DNA of 63,382 bases, filler included, from Rhabdomonas costata (GCA_019059605.1; 40 parts of 40 records of this genome joined end to end with filler, not necessarily neighbours in it), one strand, 5' to 3'. Shown: positions 36,499-50,689, numbered from the whole stretch's first letter. Numbers and translations are program-made. The notes: generated from the sequence alone by a model not told the origin.

Positions 36499-37985
36499 CT
36501 GTCCGGGAGCTACCCCACCCGGTGTACACCAGGGACGGGGATGATCTGGCTGCCACGGTGTGGCTGGGGTGGTTCTCGCGGAGCCATGCAGTGATGCTTC
36601 CCTTCCTTGATGGGTATTCCCTTTGGGTTTATTCGTTGGATTTTGCCTGACTCATCCTTTTTCAATATGTATATGCAAAAGAATCGTGTGGAATGTCGAA
36701 AAGCTTGGCGCAACCAACAAATTAAAGGGTCCGAAAAACAATGCACGAGCTTCGAGCTTCAGCTTGAGCCTTTTATACACACCTTTTATTATGAATTTAA
36801 GGTTTATGGTAACGACAACACGTCAATGCGAACATCCGAAAATTCAGGCACGGCACATGCGCAGAGTCATCGCTTGCAAGAGGCTGACTGAAACCTGGAT
36901 TCCGACTGATCCGGCAATATAAAACCAATATAAAAGTCGCTTTCACGATCTGTGTGATTCGGTTTGCGCAGAGTGATTCTGCGTCCACGTATCACCTAAG
37001 AAATTAAAGAGCATTGAATACGGATGATTTTATTTATAGCTAGATTCAGTTTTCATTGAATCCTCAGCTCGAAAGTTCCTGCAAATCCCTGACAATCCCA
37101 ACAATCACGTTAGCGTCTGATTCCCAAATTTGTTGCCCCCCTCCCTCACCCTTTTGGAGATTTAAATGGCTTTACTTCGGCTGTGTACCCAGACTTTGTA
37201 TTCGTATTGCAAGGGGTTAGGGAGCCATGCCTACCACCCATAGGAGCCTTCAAAATGCGTTTAATGGGGTTAGGAAGCCTTCCCAGGGGGCGGGAGAACC
37301 TACCCTTTTTTCTGCTGCCGAAGTAATGCCATTTAAATATTCCACACCTCATGTTTTCAGATATAACGCAGCAAAAGCCGTCGACAGGGAAGAAAAAAGC
37401 TGCCGCCAAGCCAACGTTTATCGACCGCGGTGACATAGGTGGACAATCGAGTCCAAAAATACGGACTCGGAAGCGCATGCCACAAGGTAACAGCCGTAGG
37501 ATTTCCTGCGCTTAGGCAGGCCCTTCTCAGCGAGTGGGCGGTGGTTTTTAGTTATGTTCAAGCTGGCATCTGCACGGTCACCAACGTTTCCGAGATTGGC
37601 ATGTTGTCAGGCTTCGTTTGCAATGCCCTCACTTCTCATACAGGACGACTCTCACGGTGTGGAAAAAAGGCGAGCCCAGAAACTCCATCCGGGCATTGCC
37701 TCAGCAAGGCATGCCTAACCCTCGCACAGGGACGCGGGGCACTCTCACGGTCCGATTTCGGCACCGCTTCCCCTGGTACCCCGTGAATCGGCTATCCAGG
37801 GCCTCAGGTCTGGTCAGCTTGCTGGGAGGTCAGGAGCTACTGTCGGAGCTCATTGTATTGGGGACTGTTCCAGCGGCCCTGCTCGCCGTGCTGCTGATGC
37901 TGGGCTTCGGCAGGAGGACCCCTCCCATGGTCACGGCAAGGGTCCTCAACAGGGCTCCACCTGATTCCGATTACATCATCCGAAT
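36499..37985 (+). CDS. DnaJ/Hsp40 C-terminal domain followed by a hydrophobic segment, partial; exons 36499-36613 and 37644-contig end
   Basis: VRELPHPVYTRDGDDL...VMLPFLD|GTTLTV...QQGMPNPRTGTRGTLTVRFRHRFP contains DnaJ_C motifs; phase-2 GT-AG. Confidence 0.8.
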
Positions 37986-38793
37986 NNNNNNNNNNNNNNN
38001 NNNNNNNNNNNNNNNNNNNNNNNNNNNNNTTAATTAATTAANNNNNNNNNNNNNNNNNNNNNNNNNNNNNNNNNNNNNNNNNNNNGACTCCTTGCACGCA
38101 CCACCCAAGGCAAGGGTGAAGAAGTGAAGAAGTGAAGTAAGGGCAAAGAAGTGAGGCTACAAAGTCAAAGGATGCACCATGCAGCAAAAGCAAGCAGCAA
38201 AGATGCGCTTCCCAAAGGGCCCACAGCCAACATCAAGTGAACCAAAGCAGGCAGGCACCGGTATCTGCGGACCGGGGAGTGCGGAATGGGGAGGGAAGGG
38301 AGGGGTCAAATGAGAACGATATATTCGAGAGATACGGCAGCACACCGTTGAGCATTCTGCCGCAGGAAGAAGCACCTGAAAAGCAAATCAAGTCAAACTT
38401 CTAATGAGCGAGTGCGATTGGCAAACAAGCCAAAATGAAGTAGCTCGACGCCGACCCAATCTCAGGCCACAGCACGGCCGCCCATTGAGACCCCAGCGCC
38501 ATGCGCTTTTTGTTTGGAAGAGTTTGCAACCTCATTCTAAATTCGAAAAAGCCGCACCAAAAAACTAAGCATCGTAGAGGTATTGGTAGAGAAACACTGT
38601 GGCGCGGATACAAAAGTCGAGCCTGGCCCCCAGCCTTTGCACCAGCATGAAGCTTGATGACCTGCGGTTACATGTTTGGGTCTCAAAACCGCAACCGCAA
38701 ACCCACCTACACAGTTATCCACCTTCCCCCTCCATCGAAGATCAAGAGAAAACGGATCAAGCAACGTATCAACAGCCGCCACTCTGCCTGGTA

Positions 38794-39025
38794 GGGGTAC
38801 CTGGTGGGGGACGGAGGTGTACACGGTCGGGAGGAAAGCCAACGAGAGCACGCAGCCCAGACCCGAGATCCCGGCCGAGGGCACCAGCCTAGGCTGCGGC
38901 GCGGAGGGTGCGGCGGAGGCGTTCCCCGCGGTAGCCCCGCCAGAGAAGATAACAGTGACCCCCGCGGGAACCCCGCAGGACGACATCGCGCTGCCCACAG
39001 ACCTTTGCAGCGGACGAGGAGACAG
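38794..39025 (+). CDS. Probable exon of an unknown low-complexity protein
   Basis: GC-rich open frame bounded by TAG and a GTAATA donor. Confidence 0.4.
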
Positions 39026-40399
39026 GTAATACAATATTCACAAAAAAAATGGAGAGGAGTTTCTCTGACACCTCCTTAAACCTTTTGAAGTCCACCAGTC
39101 CGTGGTTCCAATGGTTCGAAGCATTTGAACCAGACGACAGTGGCGCGAAAACTGAGAAGAAAAAAGCAGTGGGAAAAATCAACGACCATTTTGACCTCTT
39201 TTTCGATGTGGTATCTCTTTGCCACAGTGCCCATCCTCCTGACTCTCCCAATGACTTCGGTTCCACTGCCCCCCTGATACTTAGCAGATTCTTCTCCGCC
39301 TGGGCACCCACGTGTAATTTATTGCATTGTCTTTCGCCGGAACAATGGGCACCGCGTTTGTGCGGGCATGCCCTGCTGGACCCCATTTAAGCACCCCTGT
39401 TCCATTGTTTTTTTTTTAAATAAGCAGAATGAAAAGAAAGAAAAAGTAAGGAACGCCAAACAAAGCACCAGTGCACAAGAAAGTCATGATGGGGACACAA
39501 GGGACAAGGGCACAGGTCAGCAACACTATTCGACAAGACAATGGGACTGGCTTCACCGTGGGAACAACAAACNNNNNNNNNNNNNNNNNNNNNNNNNNNN
39601 NNNNNNNNNNNNNNNNTTAATTAATTAANNNNNNNNNNNNNNNNNNNNNNNNNNNNNNNNNNNNNNNNNNNNGTTGGTGTTGGATAAGAGTCCAAACGTA
39701 GGGTAGTAGTCCAAACGTTCTCGCGTACATTGCAAATTTTTCCAGTGCAAGCCCAATTTTTGGTTGCATAGGCGTTGAAAAAATGAGTCCGGCGTCAATT
39801 TGGGAAGCCTGAAAGTGGAAAGACCCCGAAATTCTCACCTGAAAAAACGCCGATAAATCAACTTAATAATAACAACCCACCAAGCCTCTCAAAATCTTTT
39901 TGATCGAGTACGTCAAGCGCGCACATGACTGAATAAAATAGTACCAAGTGCGCGCGGACCAACCGACAGGCTACGGACAGGAGTTGATAGCAATACCTCC
40001 CCCGCCAAATTAAACATACTAAACGCACGAGGCGGTTGTTCCATCTCCTCCTGTTTTTCTCTCCATCGTTCGCTTGCTTTGTTCCTCCGCCTTCGTCAGT
40101 AGCATCGGTCCATCGCAAAACATAGTGGAATACGAGCACAGTTGGCACAGTTTTCCGTCTGTTTCTCCGCGTTCTTCCAGTTACACTCCGTCGTTTAATC
40201 GAATCAACTACATGACCATGTCTCGAGGACGTTTGGACTACTACCCTACGTTTGGACTCTTATCCGAGACCAATCCATATTCATGACCAATGTCTTGAAG
40301 ACAGTCAATTACCAGAATCTTGAATCAATCTCGGAGTCGAGAACAAGCGGACCGCAGCCAAAAAGTGACACATCAGCCGCTGGCCACCATCACCCTACA

Positions 40400-40760
40400 G
40401 CTGGAATATACGCCGAAAATGACCAGCACTTTCTTCAAGCAGCTGCCAGACCAGTTTGCAGTCCGCTTCGACCAACATGCGATGGGTGTAGGCGCATAGG
40501 GCCATTTCGACGAAGTCCCAATCAGAAACTGGGATGATTTTGTGCAAATGCTGTGGGATCGATTCCTGACTGCGGACATCTAAACAAGACTAATTTATCA
40601 ACTTAAGATGTCTAACGGAGATTTCAATCTCTTTTTCTCCCAAATTCAGGATTACCGACAACACCTAAAAGCAGTCGATGAAAATGCACTCCTCATTGCA
40701 TGATTAAAGGTTTGGATGCGCATATTGGTTTTCCGATTGCACAAGACAAGATGTAAAGCC
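40400..40760 (+). mobile_element. Decayed LTR-retrotransposon gag
   Basis: WDDFVQMLWDRFLTADI*TRLIYQLKM...FNLFFSQIQDY...DENALLI..IKGL fits the Retrotrans_gag pattern WxxFxxxLxxRF...FxxGL, with stops. Confidence 0.6.
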
Positions 40761-41259
40761 TATAGTTGGCTTGGGTGGACATCAGGAACCGACCACGCCA
40801 TTGAACAGCTACTTCAAACAAGCGAGCCCAAAGCTACTAACCCATATTAACAAAAAGTTCGAAGTTTTCTGTTGGGTGGCAGGCCAGTTCATCACAAGTC
40901 AGAATCGGCAGTTTCTCGAAAAGAAACAGAACCTATGGCAACAGCAAACGTCAGAGAAGTCCCCACTTTCATGCAGCAGCACTCAGTTGCGCACCTGAGT
41001 TTTGTGGACAGCTTTTGTCGCACTAGTCGAAGAAGTCAACCAGCTTACCCAATACACAAATTGAACCCGATGGCCGGTCACCCTAGGACAAGTCGACCCA
41101 CGAGTGGTTCCAGCATCGCGCCACACCAGTAAATTGGACAGCTTTTCCACCACACAAAANNNNNNNNNNNNNNNNNNNNNNNNNNNNNNNNNNNNNNNNN
41201 NNNTTAATTAATTAANNNNNNNNNNNNNNNNNNNNNNNNNNNNNNNNNNNNNNNNNNNN

Positions 41260-42061
41260 AAGCGGGCTGCTTCCCTTTCGTCGTCGCTCCATTCGATCTG
41301 CAAGGACCAGGACGCAGTCGGGGAGAGAGAGAGAGACGGTTGTGGACATCGTGTCCCTTATCCGTTGTGATGATGATGAAGCGAAGGGTTTTCATTTCCG
41401 AAAACAAAACCGCAGTATTGCCCTTTCGCTGTGCCGAGCCCGCGCCTTGTGCTGAGCGGAAAGGTGAGTATTTGACTTCGGTCGCCATCTGTCGTCATCT
41501 GTCGCCAGCTGAATTTTTTGGTCGGCTGTGACGCACGCACGGGCATAAGGAAAACGTGATGACACCCCCACACACACCTTCTCATCTCCGCGCTGCCTTT
41601 TTTCTTGCTGGCTGTCTTCTCTACATTTTGTTTTCTAACTTTGTTAGTTCGACCACTGGCCTGTGGTGCCCCCCGCCCCCGAAGGAGGCACACTCCACAC
41701 AGAAAATCACTGCCAGTTCCCGATCGCACCTTATCTATGAGAGGATGCACTTCCGCCCTCTCTATTTGAAGGAAGGTTTCGCCTTTAGACATTCAAAAGG
41801 GGGAACCAGAACCCCTCGGACTGTGGCTCAACATCACAGCCATGCCATCGCTGCAGCCCTTGGGTCCACCGCACGGACTTTTGTGCACATGTGCACACCG
41901 GTGCCCAGACAAATCGAAGGGCGTTGAGGGTTCCCTCAGCTCGGCCTCCCACCGCCAGCAGCATGCCCCCTGAGGAGTACTTCCACGTCCCGGAATTGCC
42001 GTTGGACTGCGTGTAGAACACTCGGCCTGTGCAGAGGCGGGGAGAGAAAATCAACGAGTAG

Positions 42062-42111
<50 letters not shown>

Positions 42112-42754
42112 TCGATTTCACGGTCTCAAACACACAGAGAGCCTTGGTGCGGTGTGCTGTGGCGTGTCTTTGTGCTATTGTTCTGCACACCTGTTGGTGT
42201 TTTGGCGTGTTCACGATGCTGATGTTCACGACGGGTGAGGGTGTGCGCCGTGCCCATCCACACACACGCACACGCACGCACACTTGGGGGAGTGTGCTTT
42301 CTTGGGGGCCGGATGGCGACCCGAGAATTGCTCCCGTGAGAGCGGTATCCTTGATAATGACGATATTCAATCACCGTTTTTAATGGATTGGATTAATAAT
42401 GGATCAGCCCGGAAAAAATGGATCAGAGACTATGCCTAAGGAGCAAAATGAGACCAGGGGCAAGGTGTGCCCGAAAATTTAGGAAATGATTTCCTTCTTA
42501 AATTCTGTTTTGTCAAATTCCAGTATGTCTACAGATGACTTTTGCGTAATGAGACGTCCTCCGGGTCCCACGTTCGAACCACAGAGAAGCCAACATACAT
42601 ACATACACACATACAAAGCACACCGGTGTTGGTCTCCAGAGAGATGTTCTGGATCACATTGTTTTCGACCTGCACCCCCGCCTTGCAGATGAACTCCACT
42701 TCCGGGTTCAGGGTAAATCTCCGCTCCACCGCCCCCTGACCCCCGTGGGGAGCG
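41260..42754 (-). CDS. Jacalin-like lectin domain protein, partial; exons 42754-42624, 42026-41899, possibly 41297-contig end
   Basis: HGGQG...FTLNPEVEFI...IQNISLETNT|GRVF...MLLAVGGRAEGTLNALRFVW is the jacalin beta-prism pattern; phase-1 GT-AG. Confidence 0.8.
42063..42108. repeat. (CA)n microsatellite in an intron
   Basis: About 23 perfect CA units; shorter imperfect CA tracts occur in many other introns (e.g. 4386-4444). Confidence 0.97.
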
Positions 42755-43901
42755 NNNNNNNNNNNNNNNNNNNNNNNNNNNNNNNNNNNNNNNNNNNNTT
42801 AATTAATTAANNNNNNNNNNNNNNNNNNNNNNNNNNNNNNNNNNNNNNNNNNNNTTGTGTTTTTTTCGTTGCTGCCTGTGCTCACCGTGCTGTTTCTTGC
42901 ATCTGTTGCATGTGAACGTGCACGTGAACATGCATGAAGTGCTTTTGAAAGGTTGGAAAAGTGCGGAGACGGATCCCCACTTCTCAGTTCCCGCCTTACC
43001 TACTTTTTTGTGTACTGCGACGTTAAGTATTGCTTTTTGATTGCGTCTGCCCTGTACTGCCCTGTATTCACGTTTCTGTGACCTATCGAGAATTGTGTGC
43101 GTGCGCACTTGCATCTGTGCGTCTGTGGTGACGTACCTTCAGATTCATTTCAGATTGCCCGCGAAGTTAATTACATCCGTGCAAGTCTATGCAGGGATGC
43201 GTGCATTCCGGTTTCCTACTTATGATTTGCGTGCATCCGTGCCACCTTCCACGTGTCCCTGGAGAGCTTATTCGGTCTCGCAGGGGGGTGTCCCCTAGGA
43301 GGTCTCACGAGAGATTTTTCGAGGATGTCTTGGACGCTCCGCTGCGATCCGCGGCCCAAGAACCTGGGGGCTAATCGGTGATCCCAAACTAGCTTGTCCT
43401 CCTTGTCTACATAGCGTGGAAGTTGATCCAGTGTTAGATGCTGCCTGTGCCTGTGCCGCAGTGCCGTGAGGTTTTCTTCTTTAAAATATCCATTTAAATG
43501 ATCCAAAATTTCCGTTCCCAAAGATGAAAGGGACTGGTGTGGACATCCTCCTTGATTCATTTTTGGCTGAGCTGACCCATTATTATTCTTCACTAAAATA
43601 CGTTGAAAAACCATTACCAATCCACTTTCGGCAGCAAGCCAGGCCATCAGCGTACAACAGATAAGGTGGGCTTGCAAACTTTTAAGATTATCTGCACTTC
43701 CCTCCTTATTTTATTGTTGGACCCTTTTCTTTCCCCGAATCTTCTCCCTTCGTCTTTTCATAAGTAAGAGGCCTTTCCCGTCACCCCATCCCCCATTTAC
43801 TCCATGCTTCGCTTGGGGTTTCTGTGGTGGTGTATTTCAATAGGTAGTGTGTAAGCACCTATCCAAAGCCCATCCCTTCTTCTGAGCGGCTTTCTTCGAA
43901 A

Positions 43902-44099
43902 ATGATCCGGCCGGGGCTTCGCTTGCTGACAGCTGCGGTCGCGGTATTATTGGTGGTGTTTCTGGCTCCTGAGCTTGTGGTGGTCCTTCGCTCCGCGGCC
44001 TCACAACTCAGGATGCTTCCCGGGGAGTGCTCTGAAGGGAATCGCCCTCAAGGCACCCTGGTGCAACTTGACTTGATTTCACGTCACCTGGACCAGCGG
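43902..44099 (+). CDS. Probable first exon of a type II membrane or secreted protein
   Basis: ATG in AAAATG context, hydrophobic anchor LLTAAVAVLLVVFLA, candidate GTGCGA donor. Confidence 0.45.
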
Positions 44100-44529
44100 G
44101 TGCGACCCCACCTACCCCAAGGGTGTTTTTCTTCACAAGCTGGGCGGAATTAGGCCCGAAATGGTTCTGGCGTGCCTTTGTCTCGTGGTATTCAGATGGA
44201 TCTTGGTGTGGCTGCTCTCTCTCTCTCTTGGTCTCCGTGTCTTTTGTTTTGTTAGGTTCTTGAATTCTCCAAAGCACAGTTCATCACCTCCGGCCCGAAC
44301 AGGGAACAACATACGCCATGAGCAACACGACGTAGCAAAAGNNNNNNNNNNNNNNNNNNNNNNNNNNNNNNNNNNNNNNNNNNNNTTAATTAATTAANNN
44401 NNNNNNNNNNNNNNNNNNNNNNNNNNNNNNNNNNNNNNNNNGGTGGGTTGACGTAAACTTAGCAAAACAATACTTCTTTTTTGAAGAACCACAAAAACCC
44501 ATCCCGACTCCTTTCAAGCCGAGGGAAAC

Positions 44530-45312
44530 CTGCAGGGGAGTTCAGCACGGCGGTGACGGAGAGAGCCTGGTTGGGGTCCAGGCTGGGTCCCAGCCGGACA
44601 ACAGAACAGCCGCTGAGGACGTCCTGGGAAATGGTCTCCAAAATGGCGGGCTCGACGGACGCCACGACGCATGTCCGGGTGGCTTGGCGGTACGGGAACC
44701 GGAACTCCGTCAACAGCGCAGGGTCCCTAAAAAAAAAGAATAGCGAGAAACTCTCACGAGTTTAGAAAATAAAATGTCAAAACACAGGCCCTGACGGGCG
44801 GGAAGGCGGTACACACCAGTTCCTTTACACTCTGCCCGCGCTCCTGTCCGCTTCTGGTCAAAGAATGCTTGGCATTTGGGAAAGGATACCGCCCTGAAGG
44901 ACTGAGGAGAGAAGACTGCACGTGAACGGTGGGGCTATTCGGGGTCGGTTCGGGGTCGTTTTTCAGGTGTCTGGGAAGGCAGAAGCTCACTGATCAATTG
45001 AGAAATTCTTTTATTTCCACATGAGGAAGAAAGGAACGAAGGGAGGGAGGGCCGGTCCCCAACACACGCCGAAAAAGACAACAGGGCAAACAAATAGCAT
45101 ACTGTGGCGGAGGCCAGTTCCCCACAACCCCCGCAATCTGAGGCTGTAAAATTCTGCAAACGCACCAAACAGGAAATGCCGAGAAAATGGAGGTAGGGGG
45201 GGGGCCTTACCGCAAGTCCTCTAGCACGACCATCACATGGGCAAGATGCTGTATCACGAAGCCCTTTGCCTCCTCTGCGGTGTGGAAGAAGCCCTCGTAG
45301 CCCATGCTGAGC
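44530..45312 (-). CDS. Unknown protein, partial; exons 45312-45211 and 44726-44530
   Basis: GTAAGG donor and poly-T/AG acceptor join in phase 2 (VLEDLR|DPALLTEFRFPY). Confidence 0.55.
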
Positions 45313-46491
45313 CTGGATGAAAGCACACCCGTGTCACAAGCATGCACAGTGCTTTGTCAATAACCATTTTGCTACGAAAAGCAATTCCATTTCCACCCAG
45401 GTCGTTAAAAACAATGACCCAGGCCTTTGAAAAAGCCAAAAACGCTCGAATATTCACATAAAACTTGCATACATCGTTATATACGGAACCAAGCCTCTTC
45501 ACAGCTGCGCGCGTATATCTGAAGCATTGCCACACTGATACCAGACCAAATTGTCACACCAAATAATTATGGTGTCGTTCGGCACTTCAGTTTTTGTCCT
45601 TCATGCAACCCCGTACGGGCTGTTGTTCTCTGTCCCCATGGACGCGAGAGGCAGTAATACCCGGAAAGCTGCTGCAAGTAGTAGAGCCCATTGCGACGGT
45701 TGCTCACGGCGAGGACAAACACGCCGTCAGGAAAGAAGCTCAGAACTTGCGGATCCCTAACCATAGAAGTACCAAGGAACAAATCAAAACACTGAACCTT
45801 CTGATGCACAGATCCCTCGAAAAAGCAACGAAAACCACATACCAGACTCAAAACCTAGTGTCTTCAATGCACGACTCCGCCAGAATTCAACGTTTGGCTC
45901 CTCTTCCCTCGGTCTTCACACAACCCCCNNNNNNNNNNNNNNNNNNNNNNNNNNNNNNNNNNNNNNNNNNNNTTAATTAATTAANNNNNNNNNNNNNNNN
46001 NNNNNNNNNNNNNNNNNNNNNNNNNNNNGTGTGTGGGGTGCCCTGTTTTTACTATAAAAAATGTGCCAATTTTTCCAATTTTCTGCTGATAGTGATTGCC
46101 AATATGCCAATATGAAACTGAAAGAAACTCTTCATTTCCTCGGAGTTTTGTTGGTCGTTTGCGTGGACTTTTTGGATGAACATGCCATACATATGGGGGG
46201 CTATCTCTACACATATTTGGAATCCGGCAGCGACCGAGGTTTTGAGATTGGAGGTCCTTGCGTTCCCCAGAAAACAAGAATGGATGTGCGGGTCGGACAG
46301 TGGGTGAAGTCGACACGCTTTCCCTGTTCCCTACTACTTCCCCTGTTGTCAGACACTTTCGAAAGCCAACGCTGTAAAGGCATTCTGATGGAGGCGGGGA
46401 AAGGAGTGAGTTGGGGTCTGCATCTTTTAAGCTGAGGCAGAGAGAGAGAGAGAGAGATTGCCAGGGCATGCACCGCGTCTAGGACAGACAC

Positions 46492-46791
46492 TTGTCCCTG
46501 CTGCCACGGCTCAAAGGAGGGCCCTTGGCTGGAGTCAAGCCCGTGCCCCTCTGGGGGAAGCTCCAGCGGTTCCTCCCCCTCATCCACCGGGAGCTGGCCA
46601 TCGTCATCCAAGCCGTCCACGGGCACCACCTCCCTCTCCGCAGGGCCGTCCGCGTAGCTCATCCCGGCCTCACCCACCGCAGGCCACCGCGGCCTGCCGT
46701 CGTCTTCCAGCTTCACAGGGGCCAGCGGTAGCGTAGGCTCCTCGTTTTCGAGCTTCACTGGGACTAGCTCGGGCTGCTCGTCTTCGATGTT
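46492..46791 (-). CDS. Acidic Pro-rich exon of an unknown protein with two VKLE motifs
   Basis: 300-nt CAG/GT-bounded exon with strong GC3 bias. Confidence 0.55.
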
Positions 46792-49388
46792 CTGCGCGCG
46801 TACACACACAGACACACGGACAAACTTGGTGCAGTTGGTGCAAGGGTGTATTTTCTGGGCAACGTTGCACGTGGGACCTTAGGAACCCCCGATTGGAGGG
46901 TTTAGAGATCTTTTTCTGTGTGGCTGTTCAACCTTCCGCGCTCGTACACTGCCCAGTCTGCCCTTATGGAAATTATCCTGACTCTCACTCCAAGCTCGGG
47001 TGACTCTTGCTTGCCTGCTTGCCTTGGTTTCTGGCTCTCCCGCAACTCGCTGCAATACTAAACTACCCGAGTTGGCAATTCTTCGGGTTCCTTCAGGACC
47101 TTCTCCTCGTCAACCTCCGAGCCGCTCACTTTTGAAAGTTGCGGATTGGCTTCGCCGCTTGAGCCAGTCCTCCTGTCCATTCAATGCCCAGTGAACCTGC
47201 TTGCTTCTCAGACCAGCACCTGAGCATCGGCGATGGGATAGTCGACGCCAAGTTTCCTCTGGTCGATCACCCCCCCCCCGGAAATTTTGCCCTGCGCACG
47301 AAAGTTGATTGCCATCCCGGGACCTCGTGCAGGCAGTGTCCGAAATTTATATACGCCATTTAACTCCAATCAAAACGGACACCGCCCCAGTTACCGATAA
47401 CCTTACCCACCACAGTATGTGCCTAACTTCCTATAAAAAAGGGTTCGATAACCGATGCTTACAACATTATACGACATTATAACACAAACAGACACAACAA
47501 TAGAGCAAACCACACNNNNNNNNNNNNNNNNNNNNNNNNNNNNNNNNNNNNNNNNNNNNTTAATTAATTAANNNNNNNNNNNNNNNNNNNNNNNNNNNNN
47601 NNNNNNNNNNNNNNNTGTGGGGGGGCACACAAATCCATGTATGGCTCCCGATGAAATAGGCGAAATATTCACGCCATCGCGGTGACGCTATTTCATCGGG
47701 AGCCATACATGGATTTGTGTGCCCACGCACCAAAAGCTGAGAACAACACGCTGGTATGCAACGTTGCGGTCACAAAGCAAAAACAGAAAAAAGGAATGTT
47801 GACACACAAACAAGATGGTGGCAGAGAGAAGAGCGAAATCTCATCGCTTCTTCATTTGGTAAGTCTAGGCTTATCCCTGAGCATATTCCTCGCACTCATA
47901 GCATTGCTCGAATCGAACTGCAGAAATGTCATGAAAGATCACCAGAAGCCGTATACCAAGACACAACCCTTGACCATGCAATGTGGGAAGAGCGTGCACC
48001 GCGGAGATTTAAAATGTGTGCAAGTTCATGCCAAAATGTGTGCAAGCCAATGCGCCGCACATGAGTTGGTTGGCGATGGCAGCAGAGCACACAAACAAAA
48101 CAATCGCAAGGAGAAAAAGAGACAGTGAACACATTCCCTCACAGAAAGGGATGCCTGACACAACATGAGTAGGAGAGTAGGAGAGTAGTTTCTTGAAAGT
48201 GTGTGTTGCGCTAGCACGCGGAGCTTGCGGCGGAGCAGGGTTGGCCGGAGAAGTGCATTCCGATAACAACATCAAGTTGAACACCTCTGGGTGGGTACAA
48301 ATTAAACCGAAGACGTAATGATACGAAGGTTTTGTGTGGTATTTTCCACTTCGTGGGCAGGATGATGTAAAACACCCACTCTGAGCAGGTTACCATCTTC
48401 GCGTGCCGCCTGACCCGCGACTGATGAGCAACTGAGGCGCATCACCAAAGTTAGTCATGCCCATACTCTTTCACCGTATATATGTGAAGTCATGTCAAGT
48501 ATCGCACGTCATAACGAAAGTTATAGTAGTGTTTACCGTGCAAATGGCGACGGATCCCCTTACCTTGCGCATGATCTTGAACGCAATTCTGCTCGGATTG
48601 CGGTAAATGAGACTCAGCCAAACCAGCTACGTGCAACCTAAATATACAGCACATAAAGGTGAACGGCTGAACTCGAAGAAAGCCCAAAGAGGAAGAGCCC
48701 AGCAGAGAACAGTAGTCCTTCTTCCCATCTACCGTCACAAAAACAAGAATGACAACGGCAAGAGATTGGTTCAATTCAAAAAGCAGCGCAAAGTCTGAAT
48801 CATCTCACTTTCCGTGGAAAAAAAAGGCGAAAAAAAAGATAAGCCAAAAATGGGGGTGTCCAGGGTCCGAGCAAATGGACACGGGCAAGCCAAGGCAACA
48901 AAAGTGTAAAAGAAAACAAACATGCAGGGGTAAAAGGAAAGGGAAGGGAAACATATCCCTTCGGGGGGAGGGAAGACATAGCTCACAATGAGCTGGCGAG
49001 GGAACCATGCTGTGGCGCCAAGTAGATGGCAGAGCCCCCGTGGACGCTGAGGAAGGAGGCCTGGGCCTGGAGGCTCTGCCATCTACTTGGCGCCACACCA
49101 CCNNNNNNNNNNNNNNNNNNNNNNNNNNNNNNNNNNNNNNNNNNNNTTAATTAATTAANNNNNNNNNNNNNNNNNNNNNNNNNNNNNNNNNNNNNNNNNN
49201 NNGTGTGTGCTGCACTGCCACCTCTGTCTGGTCTCCCTCTCTCCTTCAGTGCGCCTGGGTCCCTTATTCTGGAGAAGGAATGGCTCCGTGGGCACCAAGC
49301 GCACTGAAGGAGAGAGGGAGACCAGACAGAGGTGGCAGTGCAGCACATACCCATCCATCAGTGTAAAAGAAAGTAATACAAAGCATAC

Positions 49389-50689
49389 CGCCGCAGCCCG
49401 AGGCCGACGTGTCGCAAGACGTCAGATACCTGCCAGTAAGAAGGGTATGAGAGGTAAGTGAAGCGCGAAATCGGGGAAATGCAACCACAAGACGCATTCA
49501 TAGATTAGCCGTGGAAAGAACGCACGTCCTTTTAAGTCCTCAACGCTGCCACTCCCCATGAGACAAACAGCACACTTCAAGAGAGCCGGGGTTCAGCGTC
49601 TGAAACATCCCAAAGAAATAAACACCGCAAAAAAGCGGAATCGGGTGCAATCCTGCAATCTATTGACATACTCAAACGTTCCGCAAAAACAAAATCAGGT
49701 TGCAGCCGAGAACAACAAGGGAGCACCAAAGAGGAGAGGGGGCAGGGAAGGGAGTAAGGCGTACTGCTCCGACAGCGAGAACGCTTTCTGGTAGACCGCC
49801 GCCAAGTACACCTCCAGCTGCCCCACCGTGGCGAACGCCCAGCAAGACCCGCAATTGGCCTGGGCAGCACGCGTGCACACACACTTAGTACACACGCACA
49901 CATGGGACTGACGTCTGGTGAGTGTGATATCACATAACAACCACACCGCACATGCATGCTCACCCCACCTTTGTACTTTCCTTGTCACACTACAGACACG
50001 ATGCGTGCCCCTGTCGGTGAACTGTTTCTCTCCTTCACCATCTCCTATCTCCTCTTCCTTTCCTTTGTTGACTGCTGTGCCCCGAAACCCCTGTTTCTTG
50101 CAGGTTGCTTTTTGCAAATTGCCTGGTGGTTGCGTTTTTGGTGGTTGAGGTGGTTGCGTTTTTGTCTCCGCAAAAAGGCAGTCTTGCTTATGTGTGTGTG
50201 TTTGTGGCAAAGACGGTACAATAGCTAGCTACCACACACATGCAAACAGGGGAACAAGTAAAACGGCCATAAATGCTCTCTCCACATGCAGACGTGCAAG
50301 AAAAATCAGCTGAGGCAGCAAGATCCAAACAGCAGTCGCAACCACCACGCGAGCAGCTAACGTGCCAAGCCTGCAGCGTCCAAATACTGCGAAAAATATC
50401 ACCTGTGGTTTGGTCAGTGTGACTTTCACCCGTAACTTCCTGCATTGACTTCAACATCCGCCCCCTGCATCGCAACCCGTAAACTCTCCTGTGGCAGTGC
50501 ACAAAAAATAACTCCAAGATGAAGCAATCCTCAACTTTTCCAACGTGTTTCGGGATGGGTAGACACAGAAAAACGCGCACATGCACAATCATGCTCGACG
50601 ACTCGAGGCACACCTGGTTCTTAATAGGAGGGAAGCCCGTGGTCGTCCGGGGGTCGTAAACCGAGGGGTACGCCTGGGGAGCCACAAAC
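49389..50689 (-). CDS. Papain-family (C1A) cysteine protease, partial; exons 50689-50614, 49859-49765, 49429-49389
   Basis: YPSVYDPR...PPIKNQ|ANCGSCWAFA...LSEQ|YLTSCDTSASGCGG; catalytic Cys motif intact and phases consistent. Confidence 0.95.
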
